Below are positions 11,828 through 25,027 of a stretch of 64,000 nt of DNA, in pieces (position 1 is the first letter of the stretch; every line of letters begins with the position of its first letter). Below the pieces are notes generated by a model. It had not been told where the DNA came from. It searched no databases and saw nothing but the letters and a program-made list of their open reading frames with translations. A program made the translations under genes and the position numbers. This stretch comes from Nemertoderma westbladi (lineage: Eukaryota > Animalia > Xenacoelomorpha), in the NCBI GenBank assembly GCA_032718475.1, contig JAUCBJ010004427.1, forward strand, positions 1 to 64,000, read 5' to 3'.

Positions 11828-13301
11828 ACTACTACTACAATCGGCATGCTGCATTGCAGCTGCATTATATATATAGGCCCTATTGAGAATGCTGTGCCGG
11901 CTTGTTGACAAAAGTGCGCCTCCACATCTCCCTTACACTCTTACAGCCTTATCACTCATAACATTTGCTAGATCATCCGCATCTTAAACGCCAGTGTCCT
12001 TTTAAGACAGTAAGAAAGATGCGTCTCAACTCTCATGAAAGTCATGGGCCAGGTTGGAATTCATGCATGAGCGCGCAGGTACGCTTTGTTGTTTTGAAAT
12101 CACCGCGCACCTGAAATTGGCTCGTCGCGCACCTCATCATATGTCATAATCCAAACAAAATCGCGCAGCTCATGTCATGCATATCTCAAAAAATCGCACA
12201 GTTCATAAGAACAATTTTACATTCCTATTTTACAAGTTTGAGCGTTTTAAGCTTATCTTTACGTCTGTCTGTCTGTACGTTGAATCTAGGCTTACATAAT
12301 AAATGTAATTTTTGCAACATCAAAATTGTTAATATTAAAAAATATTTTTTTAATCCACTACTATGGTGGCCCATCGGGCTCACTGCTTTTATAACAGAAA
12401 ATATTATTTTAGATTACAAACAAAACATGTACCGGTAATTTCAAAAAAACGAATATTGAATACTGTAGGTACCAGTCTGCCAATAATACTTTGTATAGGC
12501 CTACCTAACAATTAGGCTTAAACATACAGTTGGCTTATAATTAAGTCATACTTATAATACATTGTTACTTTCTGACTTTACCTGTTTACTAACGTAACAT
12601 CGGCATAGCATAGACCTAATAACAATACAACAATAGAGTACTGTAGTTAAAATAAATAGACAAATTCAGCTCCGGTTGCCGGTATTACAGTATTATGGTG
12701 AAGTGATTTGACTGTTTGAAGAATTGGAAATGAGAAACTAATGCGAGCGTAGCGAGCGAAATTTTTTTGTGTATTTTCGTGATTTCAATTAATTTGTGGT
12801 GCGCATCAGAGGCAGAGCTGCGCGCTGAGGCGCAACGCGCACCTGTCTCACACCCGAACGCGCACCTGTCTCACCCAAACGCGCAACGCGCATCTGGTTT
12901 GCGGTCATTCGCGCAGGTACGCGTCCGAGTTTTGCAGCATGAATTCCAACCTGGGTCATGGGCTGTCCACCATCCATGCTTATTCACTCCATGAGGTGCA
13001 CTGGCTGGTCCTCACGGCTTAAAGCGATGTCCTGCAAAGCGGAGGCGGCTTTGTTCTAGTGTCAAGCTTGGGGGAACCAATGACTGAATGAGACACCTCC
13101 AACTCTAATGTTATATAGTGTCTGGTTGGAGATGCAGAGATGCCAATCTGCTAAGTAGGGCATGTACGCCGAACGCGTTCGGCGCACAATTTTTTCCAGA
13201 ATTTGGAGCAAGCGCAGAAAATTGAGAGCGCAGCGCAGCGCCGTGCAGCGCGCAGGCGCAGAAAATTGTACGCGTGTAGATGTGTGCATTGTACTTGACA
13301 C
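11828..13301 (-). mobile_element. Decayed 3' fragment of the RTE LINE family also seen at 22490-23882, interrupted by MITEs (approximate ends)
   Basis: Shares tactacta tail, ggcatgctgcattgcagc, gaatgctgtgccggcttg and gtcaagcttgggggaacca with 22490-23480. Confidence 0.75.
12049..12954. mobile_element. hAT-type MITE inserted in the RTE fragment
   Basis: TIR CCAGGTTGGAATTCATGC, 8-bp TSD GTCATGGG (12041-12048, 12955-12962). The empty site gtcatgggctgtcc is visible at ~23282. Confidence 0.88.
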
Positions 13302-14524
13302 AGTGAACCTACAGACCTAATCAAAACAATTAGTCAATAAACATTAACTTAATAACATAATAGGTTACAGTTTACAGTAGTCTTATTTTTGCCATACGAA
13401 AATACCACAGGCAGACAGGTATGGGTATGAATGAAATGAACTATACAGCTATAACTCAACTACCGCTACCGAGGTATACACCGCTAAGGCAGTAAGGCTA
13501 CCGCAAAACTATACCACTACCGCAAAAAGTAACTACTGATGTCTGACTGTACGTGTGTGGTGTGCGATCCCTGCTTATAATACTTATAATACCGGTAATT
13601 AATTTGATCATTAATATAATGTTGCATTGTAATTATGTAATATATATGTACTGATACGGGATGCAGTTTTGATTTAAATACCGATATACAGTACGGCAGC
13701 ATGGGTACACTTGGAGTTGTACTAAAGTCCAATATTGGACTTTGGAGTCCAAAATTGGACTTGAAGTCTAAAATTGGACTTGAAGTCAAATTTTTGACTT
13801 CTCACCGACTGACTGGTTACACTGGTGACTGGTCACCCATTATCACCAAGCTCTATAAGCACTACGCAGCAAAGCCTACTGCTACACCCTACTGCTGGCA
13901 GGCTGGTGATGTTGTAAAGACTGGCGAAATTTGAGGTTTTATCTCAAATTTGAGGTTTAACCTCAAATTTCAATTTTCGCCCCCAATAAAAGCATGTTTG
14001 CATCGGTGAAATATTTTATTGCATCGATGAAAGTTCTTATTTTACATTATATTTTCACATATTAAAAGTAGAAGTTGCTCCAACAGTTTCTCTAAGTCGC
14101 AGCAACACTCGATATTATGAGCCTAAAAATACCTCAAATTTGAACAAAAAACCCCAATTTTCGACAGCCTATTACTGTATTACGGGTTTGACTAAATACG
14201 CCACCGACAACCACCGACACCTTTCGCATACCACCGACAACAAAAGACACAAAACCGACACAAACCGACAGGTAAAATCACAAACCGACAACTTCGGCAA
14301 TGTTAGTAAACTATTTCAGCAGTTCAGTCAGTCAGTACATGATTATACAATTTTTATTTCTAGTCCAAATATGACTACTAATACTACAAATATGTATAAC
14401 TACGGGTGGGGGGGGGGGGGGGGGGGTGCCTACATACATACTGTAGTTCCCTAAGTTACTGCAGTAGTTTTATGTTGTCATTTTATTTATCTCACCTAAC
14501 CTACAGTACATTGTAATACATTGT

Positions 14525-15039
14525 AAACGAATATTGAAATAGGTACCAGTCTGCCAGTAATACTTTGTATTGGCCTACCTAACAATTAGGCTTAAACATA
14601 TAGTTGGCTTATAATTAAGTCATACTTATAATACATTGTTACTTTCTAACTTTACCTGTTTACTAACGTAACATCGGCATAGCATAGACCTAATAACAAT
14701 ACAACATACACATACAATAGAGTACTGTAGTTAAAATAAATAGACAAATTCAGCTCCGGTTGCCGGTATTATTACAGTATTATGGTGAAGTGATTTGACT
14801 GTTTGAAGAATTGGAAATGAGAAACTAATGCGAGCGAAGCGAGCTAAATTTTTTTGTGTATTTTCGTGATTTCAATTAATTTGTGGTGCGCATCAGAGGC
14901 AGAGCTGCGCGCTGAGGCGCAACGCGCACCTGTCTCACCCGAACGCGCACCTGTCTCACCCAAACGCGCAACGCGCATCTGGTTTGCGGTCATTCGCGCA
15001 GGTACGCGTCCGAGTTTTGCAGCATGAATTCCAACCTGG
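14525..15039 (+). mobile_element. Second, left-truncated copy of the 12049-12954 MITE
   Basis: Near-identical to ~12447-12954 and ends in the same TIR gcatgaattccaacctgg. Confidence 0.85.
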
Positions 15040-17475
15040 CGTACCGGTATTTGTCAAATACAGAAATACGCGGAAGAAACCTCAGAGTTTCATGTACACC
15101 GGTCAGCCGGTCTGCCGGTAGCAATTCCAGCCTGGGATGCCGCCATTCTAGCTAGACTGTCTGCCTGCAGTGCCTGGACTGATCAGTCTGTCAGTTAGAC
15201 AATCACATCCACAGGTTGGTTTGGTTTAGTTTAGCCAGTTGCCAGTGTCCCAGCCAGACCCAGAGCAGCAGACAAGCAGAGTCATGTCACACTGTCACAG
15301 TCCTGCTCCTGCCTGCCTGCAGTCAGTATTTCAGTATACTAAAGCTAATTGGCTACAGAACTGCAGCTGACAGCCTGAGTAGCCTACCAAGCAGCCAAGT
15401 ACCGTACTTTGTACTTGCTTTGAGTATGGTTATTTATGGTAGGTTGTAGCTTGTAGGTACTGAGGTAGGTAGGTAGGTACCGGTACCCCTAGCTAGAGGT
15501 ACACCAACAGAGAACAGACCAAACAACACTTTCCAGTTTCCACACTGACATGTGGCAGACAGAGTGACCATACAACAAAACAAATCAGTGACTAATAATG
15601 ACTCATGTTTAAGCAAAACATTAACAATTTGACTAATTTATGACATTATGTTCAAGATTATTTAATAAATTTACAATGTCAATAGTAATTTCGCAAACTT
15701 GAGAAGGTTTTCAAATTATATGCTTAGATAATTTAATAAATTTAAGAGTTTATCCAAACTTCGCAAATGTGAGAAGTTTTTCAAATTATATGCTGAGATG
15801 ATTTTAATAACATTTACAAGTTTAATAAAACTTCATAAACATGATAAGTTTTGAAGGTAATACTAACATTTTAACAAATTCTTAATAATTTTAAATCTGT
15901 TAGTACAATAATTTTCAAGTTCTACCAAATGAGATAAGTTCTATCACCAGGGCGAATTCACCTCACTCGACGCCGCCCTTACTGAATGTTTTTAAAAAAT
16001 GTTTCTTCCCACCAAGGTGGACCCAAAATGAAGTTATACTTAAAGAAAGACCACGAGGTAAAGGGAAAAGCGTGGACGGGGGGGGGGGGGGGGTGGTATG
16101 CGTCGAATGACACGAGGGGAGACGAACTGGACTCGTTAATTTTATATTACTCGAAATTGTATGTAATATATTTTCGCTCCCAGTCTACACTCGTTCTATA
16201 TACCGGTAACCCATTAATATTAATATATACTACTCAGTCGTTTGTACATAATACGAAGTCTGTAAGTTATAGTCACCGAAACATTGCAGCTCGGAAATTA
16301 TAATATATGAATCAAGGATGTCTCTCTTATGATCTACATAGAATAGATATGGTTATTGATACTGTTACATTGTGATAATGGATTCTAGGTTTCTTTCACT
16401 GGTAAATCCGTATAAATGTTGAAGTAATAAAATTTAATTACAGAACCATAGTTCGAAGATCAGCATTATTCATACCAGTCATTGCTTAGAAATTTTACAG
16501 GATATATTGTTAATCTGACTTAAGTTGTTTAGGTTGAACAAAGTCTACATAGTAAACAACAGGTCCTCCAAAGAGTGTGTCTTTGGTATATTATATCATG
16601 AAGGGGGAAGTTAGATTCACTGCATAAATGCAGTTTATCTAACTTCCCCCAAATATCCACTGTTGAATAAAATTGAAGCCATATATTAAGTCCGAAAAGG
16701 TTCGAGTTTTTTAATAAATTGTGTGGTCCATTTGTTATCTTATCTCTATTTATTGTTTAAAGTTCATTTAAGATCACACTGGTTTTTAGAATATTACAAC
16801 CTTATTTATTATTAATTTATACAATCGAACCCTTATAAGGACCGGTTATTTGTACACATACTCCTAATGCGCTCAGTAAGGTCCATACAACATATTAATA
16901 TGAAAATAAATTATCTGCAACGAAAAGAACCCAATAATACACCATTTGACCTTATTAAAAAAAATTGCACATTTGCACACATATTTGCACAAGTGCACTT
17001 TAGCGGATCCTAAAGGTGGTTCCTATTTAACACACTTATGTCTATTCTCTACTGATCTACGATGGTGCATGATCAAGTGTCAGTCGCTAAAAGTGTCAAA
17101 AATCCAATTTAATAAATCGCGACATTCGCGATTTTGGACCATATTCATGGACATTTTAAGTCACTTTATAGACATAAAAAGATAAACAAATGTTAAGATT
17201 ATAGTTAGAAATCATTCCAAACTACATTTTAATCCAAAAAATAACATTCTACGATGAATAGAACTGGAAATAATAGTGTTTGAAATATCGAAAAAATGTC
17301 GAATATTTAAGTGCATTTTGCACTAAGTGCACATGCGTCTTTTCTCAAGTTGTATCCTATTTCAAACACTACAATCTATCCTCTATCCATTGAAAAAAGT
17401 TTCAGATCAAACGGCCCAGTAAAACCGAAGTTATTGATGTTTAAACATAGTCACTCGAAAATTTCAAATTCTCTT

Positions 17476-17549
17476 GGTCACATAGTCTAGTGGTTATCAA
17501 TCACGTTATTGAAACCTAAGGTCGCGGGTACGAAATCCAATATTGGCCA
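17476..17549 (+). pseudogene. tRNA-like (SINE-head-like) degenerate sequence within the tandem unit
   Basis: 74 nt with A-box-like TAGTCTAGTGG, B-box-like GGTACGAAATCC and GGTCA/TGGCC acceptor-like pairing; anticodon stem poor. Confidence 0.4.
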
Positions 17550-20443
17550 TTCTTAATTTTTTGTAAAAAAAATTTTTTTTATTTTTTCACTAAAATCGCT
17601 CTAACTTCGGTTCTGGTGGTCCAAATTCAATAAAATTGGTATATTCTTTGCCGTAATTTTTTTTTCTATCTTTTGAGAGGGGGTCATTTTTGGCCCCAAA
17701 AAAAATGAAAAAAAAGGGCCAAAATTACGCGATATTTTTCGACCCTTAAAATTGTTAATTTTAATTATATATGTTAAGAAAAAAGATAGCGGAGGTAATT
17801 TGCTACATTTTAAATGTACTTTTGGCGCAATACGCTAAATTATAATGGAGTAGTGATTTATTAGAAAAAAAAAATTTTTCGTCCCTTTTTATAAATATTT
17901 TATTTCACACGATCGTCTGCCGCACCAGTTGTATATAAGCTACGGCGCTCTAATTAACGCTGTTAGATAGATAATTTAAAGCTCTATAAGTCTGTGTAAA
18001 CAAATCTCCCGTAAGTTAAGTAGTTTGCGAGCTGGACGAGTTCCCGCGCAGTGAGTTTGAAACGCGAAATTTTAATAATGGCCCTCATTTTTTTTATATC
18101 ATTTGCGCAGCAAAACCGATAGCATATTTGAATTCCCCGTATCGATATTGACCGTATAAAATGTACCTTAACCAACTAAAGTGAAAAATAAAAAAATATT
18201 CGATAAAAACTATTTTTCATATTCTGGCCCTTTTTGGCCCCTATTGTCGACATATTTGTTGTACCCCCACTCGATACGAACGTAGCCCCAATGGTCTCCT
18301 ACGAGTTTCAAAAAAGAATTAGTGGAATCCGACCCGCGTTGTCAAATTAAACATTTCGGAAATAAAATTTCGAAAAAAGACGGACAAAAACGTACAAATT
18401 TACGGCCCCTTTTTCCACCCGAAATTTTAATAAATCTCTTACCCCCATTCGATACGAAGGTAGACCCACTCGTCATCATTCCAACCGCGTTACTTTCGTT
18501 CCCGTACGATAAATAGTAGCCGAGTTATTACGGATCCCGCAAAGTCATTTTGTCCGTTTTTTCAACTTTGACGGACAATAGCCGGAAAACAAGCCCGGAG
18601 GCGGGGTATTCCAAGAAGTGGAAACGTCTAATTTAGACCCCCTCTTTCGATTCCCGGTGTCTCTGGATGCGTCAAATAGAGGTTTTTTAAGAGTCCTAGT
18701 GAAAAAAAGACAAAAAAACCAGACAATTGTCCGTCATGTCCGTCAAAACGATAGATTCGCTAAAAGCTCTGAAGAATCTTATTTTTTTGGCATTACGCGT
18801 CTCCCCTCGAAAAATCGAGAAAATCGTACCTCTGGAAATAGGTCGAATGGGGGGGGGACACCGTTTTCGCAGTAACTACGCGTCCAGCATGTAGACTGCG
18901 TCCTTTAGAGGGGCGGCGAATTCACCTCACTCGACGCCGCCCTTACTGAATGTTTTTAAAAGATATTTCTTCCCACCAAGGTGGGCCCCTCAATGAAAAT
19001 ATACTTTACGAAAGACCACGAGGTAAAGGGAAAAGTGATGGAGGGAAGAGGAAAGATATGGGGTATGGGTCGAAAGACATGATGAGGGAAGAAAAGCTGA
19101 ACTCGTTAATTATATATTACTTTTTATTTTAAGTAATATATTTTTACTCCGACTGAATGCTTGCTCTATAGTCTATATACTGGTTACCCATGAATATTAA
19201 TATATACTACATTATCGTTTGTACATAATACGAAGTCTGTAAGTTATAGTTACTGAAACATTTCAGCTCTGAAATTATAATATATGAATCAAGGCTGTCT
19301 CTGTTACGATCTACATTGAATAGATACGGTTATTGAAACCGTTATATTGTGATAATGGATTCTAGGTTTCTTTCACTGGTAAATCCCTATAGATGTTGAA
19401 GTAATAAAATTTAATTCCAGAACCATAGTTCGAAGGTCTGCATTTTATACCACTCATAGCTTAGAAATTGTACAATGTATTGTCAATCTGAGTGAAGTCG
19501 TATAGGTTCAACGAACCATGCGTAGTAAACAACAGGTCCTCCAAAGCGTGTGCCTTTGGTAAATTATATCTTGAAGGGGGAAGTTAGATTCACTGCATAA
19601 ATGCAGTTCATCTAACTTCCCCCAAATATCCACTATTGTATAAATTTGAAGGGATATTATTAAGTCCAAAATTGTGAGAGTTTTTAATTGTGTGGTCCAA
19701 TTGTTATTTGATCTCTATTTATTGTTTAAAGTGGATTTAATATCATACTGGTTTTTTAGAATATTATAACCTTATATTTTATTAATTTACCCAATCGAAC
19801 CCTTATATGGACCATTTATTTGTACACATGTCCGTAATGCGCTCAGTAAGGTCCAAACAACATATTAATATGAAAATAAAGTATCTGCAACGAAAAGAAC
19901 CCAATACTATACTATTTGATCTCATTAAAAATTTGCACTTTTGCACACTTATTTGCACAAGTGCACTTTAGCAGATCCTAATGGTGGATCTTATTTAACA
20001 AACTTATGTTTATCCTCTACCGATCTACGATGGTGCATGATCAAGTGTCTGTTGCTAAAAGTGTCAAAAATGAAATTTAATAAATCGCGACATTTGCGAT
20101 TTTGGACCATATTCATGGACATTTTAAATCACTTTATAGACATAAAAAGATAAACAAATGTTAAGATTATAGTTAGAAATCACTCCAAACTACATTTTAA
20201 TCCAAAAAATAGCATTCTACGATGAATAGAACTGGAAATAATAGTGTTTGAAATATCGAAAAAATGTCGAATATTTAAGTGCATTTTGCACTAAGTGCAC
20301 ATGCGTCTTTTCCAAAGTTGTATCCTATTTCAAACACCACAATCTATCCTCTATCCATTGAAAAAAGATTCAGATCAAACGGCCCAGTAGAACCGAAGTT
20401 ATTGATGTTTAAAAATAGTCACCCGAAAATTTCAAATTCTCTT

Positions 20444-20517
20444 GGTCACATAGTCTAGTGGTTATCAATCATGTTAATGAAACCTAAGTTCGCGGGTACG
20501 AAATCCAATATTGGCCA
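20444..20517 (+). pseudogene. tRNA-like sequence, second tandem-unit copy
   Basis: Homologue of 17476-17549 at +2968 bp. Confidence 0.38.
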
Positions 20518-21948
20518 TTCTTAATTTTTTGTAAAAAATTTTTTTTTATTTTTTCACTAAAATCGCTCTAACTTCGGTTCTGGTGGTCCAAATTCAATAA
20601 AATTGGTATATTCTTTGCCGTAATTTTTTTTTCTATCTTTTGAGAGGGGGTCATTTTTGGCCCCAAAAAAAATGAAAAAAAAGGGCCAAAATTACGCGAT
20701 ATTTTTCGACCCTTAAAATTGTTAATTTTAATTATATATGTTAAGAAAAAAGATAGCGGAGGTAATTTGCTACATTTTAAATGTACTTTTGGCGCAATAC
20801 GCTAAATTATAATGGAGTAGTGATTTATTAGAAAAAAAAAATTTTTCGTCCCTTTTTATAAATATTTTATTTCACACGATCGTCTGCCGCACCAGTTGTA
20901 TATAAGCTACGGCGCTCTAATTAACGCTGTTAGATAGATAATTTAAAGCTCTATAAGTCTGTGTAAACAAATCTCCCGTAAGTTAAGTAGTTTGCGAGCT
21001 GGACGAGTTCCCGCGCAGTGAGTTTGAAACGCGAAATTTTAATAATGGCCCTCATTTTTTTTATATCATTTGCGCAGCAAAACCGATAGCATATTTGAAT
21101 TCCCCGTATCGATATTGACCGTATAAAATGTACCTTAACCAACTAAAGTGAAAAATAAAAAAATATTCGATAAAAACTATTTTTCATATTCTGGCCCTTT
21201 TTGGCCCCTATTGTCGACATATTTGTTGTACCCCCACTCGATACGAACGTAGCCCCAATGGTCTCCTACGAGTTTCAAAAAATAATTAGTGGAATCCGAC
21301 CCGCGTTGTCAAATTAAACATTTCGGAAATAAAATTTCGAAAAAAGACGGACAAAAACGTACAAATTTACGGCCCCTTTTTCCACCCGAAATTTTAATAA
21401 ATCTCTTACCCCCATTCGATACGAAGGTAGACCCACTCGTCATCATTCCAACCGCGTTACTTTCGTTCCCGTACGATAAATAGTAGCCGAGTTATTACGG
21501 ATCCCGCAAAGTCATTTTGTCCGTTTTTTCAACTTTGACGGACAATAGCCGGAAAACAAGCCCGGAGGCGGGGTATTCCAAGAAGTGGAAACGTCTAATT
21601 TAGACCCCCTCTTTCGATTCCCGGTGTCTCTGGATGCGTCAAATAGAGGTTTTTTAAGAGTCCTAGTGAAAAAAAGACAAAAAAACCAGACAATTGTCCG
21701 TCATGTCCGTCAAAACGATAGATTCGCTAAAAGCTCTGAAGAATCTTATTTTTTTGGCATTACGCGTCTCCCCTCGAAAAATCGAGAAAATCGTACCTCT
21801 GGAAATAGGTCGAATGGGGGGGGGGACACCGTTTTCGCAGTAACTACGCGTCCAGCATGTAGACTGCGTCCTTTAGAGGGGCGGCGAATTCACCTCACTC
21901 AACGCCGCCCTTACTGAATGTTTTTAAAAGATATTTCTTCCCACCAAG

Positions 21949-22489
21949 TACAAGTAGAGGGATTTGACAGTGGCCTGACACTACCCAATCTGCTGAACCC
22001 CAATCAATGCATGAAATTATTTAACAAACTACGAGAGAGGCCAAGTTCAACAAACAAAGTGTGACACTGAGACTCGAATCATATTCATGGAAAATATCCC
22101 CCAGTGTACCACCAGTCAACCACTTACAGATATTGATATTGTGAACAATATATGCAGCAACATAGTTGATCACAGCGATATTGTAATAGAGCATGTATCT
22201 CGAGTTGGTCCCATAAATACATCCATGAGTACCAAACCATCTACACTCCATGTGATTTTCAAGACGCTAATTGATAGAAACCAAGTCTGTAGGAATAAAC
22301 ATAGACTCCGACAAAGTGATAAACCTTGGATCCGAAAAGTATTCATCCGACCATTACTTCCAGCAGAAGTGCAGCTATGAGATCTAACCTGTATCATATT
22401 ACTAGACTGAGGAATGGACTCCGCAACAATGAACCTGGGGCTTATAAGGATGTGCGAAATTATTTCCTAGTTTGGTTTAACCCACATAA
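21949..22489 (+). pseudogene. LINE (CR1/L2-group) ORF1 remnant, 5' part of the element continuing at 45175
   Basis: Translation IEHVSRVG...KPSTLHVIFK...KHRLRQ...KVFIRP resembles the LINE ORF1 RRM/CTD region. Reading FNPH|KEFYELRE continues across the RTE TSD. Confidence 0.6.
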
Positions 22490-23160
22490 CTACTAGGATC
22501 GGCATGCTGCATTGCAGCTGCATTTTTAAGAATGCTGTGCCGGCTTGTCGACAAAATTGCGCCGCCACAACTCCCTATCTATCACCCATGACATTTGCTA
22601 GAAAATCCGCAGCTTCAAGGCCAGTGTCCTTTAAGATGCGTCTCAAAAGTCATGGGCTGTCCACCATGCTTATTCACTCCATGAGGCTGCCTGCCACAGT
22701 ACAAGATTATGCACTGGCTGGTCCTCACGGCGAAAGCAATGTCCTGCAAAGAGAGGCGATTTTGTTCTAGTGTCAAGTTTGGGGGAACCAATGAGATACC
22801 TCGAATGTTATATAGTGTCTGGTTGGAGGTGTGTGCATTGTACTTGACACTATGAACTCGGCGTAGCATTCTTGTGAATGTGCCATCAATAGATTTGGTG
22901 TCATCAGCAGTTAGAGCCCAGCATGGACTCCCAAGAGGAGTACTGGAACTACTGCTGCTCTAAATAATCGGACCTTAAGTTTCCGATTAATTCTCGGTTA
23001 CTTCCAAATCCTGGAAAGCCTATTCAAGGCTGCCCATGCCTTTCCCTTACGTATTCGAAGGTCCTCACCTGATTTCCGGATCCATGATCCCAGGTAACAG
23101 AAGTCGTCCACATGCTCAAGCATACTACTAGGATCAGCATGCTGCATTGTAGCTCCATTT

Positions 23161-23870
23161 TTAAGAATGCTGTGCCGGCTTGTCGACAAAATTGCGCCGC
23201 CACAACTCCCTATCACCCATGACATTTTCTAGATCATCCACATCTTCAAGGCCAGTGTCCTTTAAGATGTGTCTCAAGAAAGTCATGGGCTGTCCACCAT
23301 GCTTATTCACTCCATGAGGCTGCCAAAGTACAAGATTATGCACTGGCTGGTCTTCACGGCGAAAGCAATGTCCTGCAAAGCGGAGACGATTTTGTTCTAG
23401 TGTCAAGCTTGGGGGAACCAATGAGACACCTCCAATGTTATATAGTGTCTGGTTAGAGATGTGTGCATTGTACTTGATACAATGAACCCGGCGTAGCATT
23501 CTTGTGAATGTACCATCCAGAGATTTGGTGTCCTCAGCAGTTAGAGCCCAGCATGGACTCCCATAGAGGAGTACTGGTACTACTGCTGCTCTAAATAATA
23601 GGACCTTAAGTTTCCGATTAATTCTCGGTGACTTCCAAATCCTGGAAAGCCTATTCAAGGCTGCCCATGCCTTTCCCTTACGTATTCGAAGGTCCTCACC
23701 TGACTTCCGGATCCATGATCCCAGGTAAAAGACGTCGTCCACATGCTCAAGCATACCATCCTTTGAGCTTATGCTCATCCGATCAGAGACTTGCTGAGGA
23801 CTTTCAAAGTTAACAGTCAAAATTTTGGTCTTTCTAGAGTTAATAAAAAGACCAACACTAGAAGCAACAT
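23161..23870 (-). pseudogene. RTE ORF C-terminal region (RT thumb and downstream)
   Basis: Motifs YLGSWI, DLRIRKGKAWAALNRLSRIWKS, VLLYGSPCW, LRFAGHCFRR. Confidence 0.85.
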
Positions 23871-23882
23871 GTTCTTATGAGC

Positions 23883-25027
23883 TGTTCGCGCTTTCTGACC
23901 TTTAGCAGGTTAACCTGCCAAATTTAGGTGTCTTCTAGGTTATAAATCGACTTTAGCCTATGACGAGTATTTGATACACTACATTAGCCGAAGCCAGTCT
24001 ATGCGCGACCATTCACCCGCTGGATATATCCGGGAGACTGGATTCGGAAGCTCTGACCTTATTGCGGTGTAGGCCTACTGTATTATTCGACTGATCGTTA
24101 ATATATAATCTCTGACAAATATTATTCACTTTCGGGAAATATTAACAGTTCCTTTAGGACGTGGCGCTCTAAATATGTAAACAGAGTTATGACTTACACT
24201 AGACACAACGGGATGGCTATTGATTCACGTATAAAGCGCATTCTTTAGGAGATGCTTTGTTATCTGTCACAATCATGCACACTACCGCACTACGCTGCAC
24301 ACCGATCTGCCGACCTTCACTAATTTTAGTCACATATAAAGAGAACAGCAACCGACACATGTAGTGCCCATGAAATAGCATTAGATTCACTCCAAAACCA
24401 ATATAATGTAAGTCGCAATTGCTATATGTAACCTGTCTCTTACCTTCAGTATATCAAGAAGATTGGGGGTTTTATGATTATTTATCGATATTATCCAAAT
24501 ATAATAATATTCCATCAACTGATATAATTAATAACCGACAGTAAATAGCAGTAAAAATGCTGTGTTTGTAGGTGACAATATGTTTTGTAACAATATGAAT
24601 TGCGTTGGATTGAATTGATAACAGTTATACGTTTCTATGATCAAAGCCTACTAATGTTTGGCTAAAGCGTGAAACATAGAAATTCCAAAGCCGGTGTTCT
24701 GGCATCAGGAAAAATACACACTGACTGAATTGCGTGAGTTTCTGTATACAATGTCCAACACAGAGTGAAAACCGCTCTGATTGGTCGACCGAACAAAGAA
24801 CGAACAAAGAACAAAGAAAAAGTTACACGTGGACACAGCTGATAGATGTCGTCATCTGAGTTCCGATGTTTAGAGTATTTGAGCTTATTGCGGAGAAAAA
24901 TGGCTTTTTATGTCCGCTAAAGCACACATGCAGACATAGCGGGCAAATCGCCTGTTATGTCCGCTAAAATACCTACTCGGTATATTGCGGAGAAAAATAG
25001 CTTGTTACATCCGCAAAAGCTTTTACA
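23883..25027 (-). repeat. 3' LTR of BEL copy 1 (1145 bp)
   Basis: Direct repeat of 43021-44165 with roughly 14 substitutions counted by eye; TGTTCGCGC...CTTTTACA. Confidence 0.95.

Larger units (their letters stand above)
77..15952 (-). mobile_element. EnSpm/CACTA (CMC superfamily) DNA transposon, ~15.9 kb including nested insertions
   Basis: The empty site ggcggcg|aattcacc is seen at 18912-18926. Here the element has CCC...GGG termini flanked by a 2-bp TSD CG (75-76, 15953-15954), imperfect TIRs (CCCGGTTCAGAAAACTT vs CCCTGGTGATAGAACTT), degenerate AAACTT..AAG subterminal repeats at both ends, and encodes an EnSpm-type transposase. Confidence 0.85.
15953..21948. repeat. Head-to-tail ~2.97-kb tandem repeat (units 15953-18916, 18917-21884, plus partial to 21948)
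   Basis: Offset 2964-2968 bp between homologous landmarks; identical short ORFs in the track (e.g. 18322/21289); GC-rich hairpin GGGCGGCG...CGCCGCCC in each unit. Confidence 0.93.

Noticed and set aside
18911-18960. Canonical Helitron 3' end
   Set aside because: Hairpin present but no CTRR terminus or TC start identified; kept only as a hypothesis in findings.
16946-21917. Duplicated short ORFs in the tandem units as genes
   Set aside because: Short, several with non-ATG starts, no motifs; their identity simply reflects the DNA repeat.
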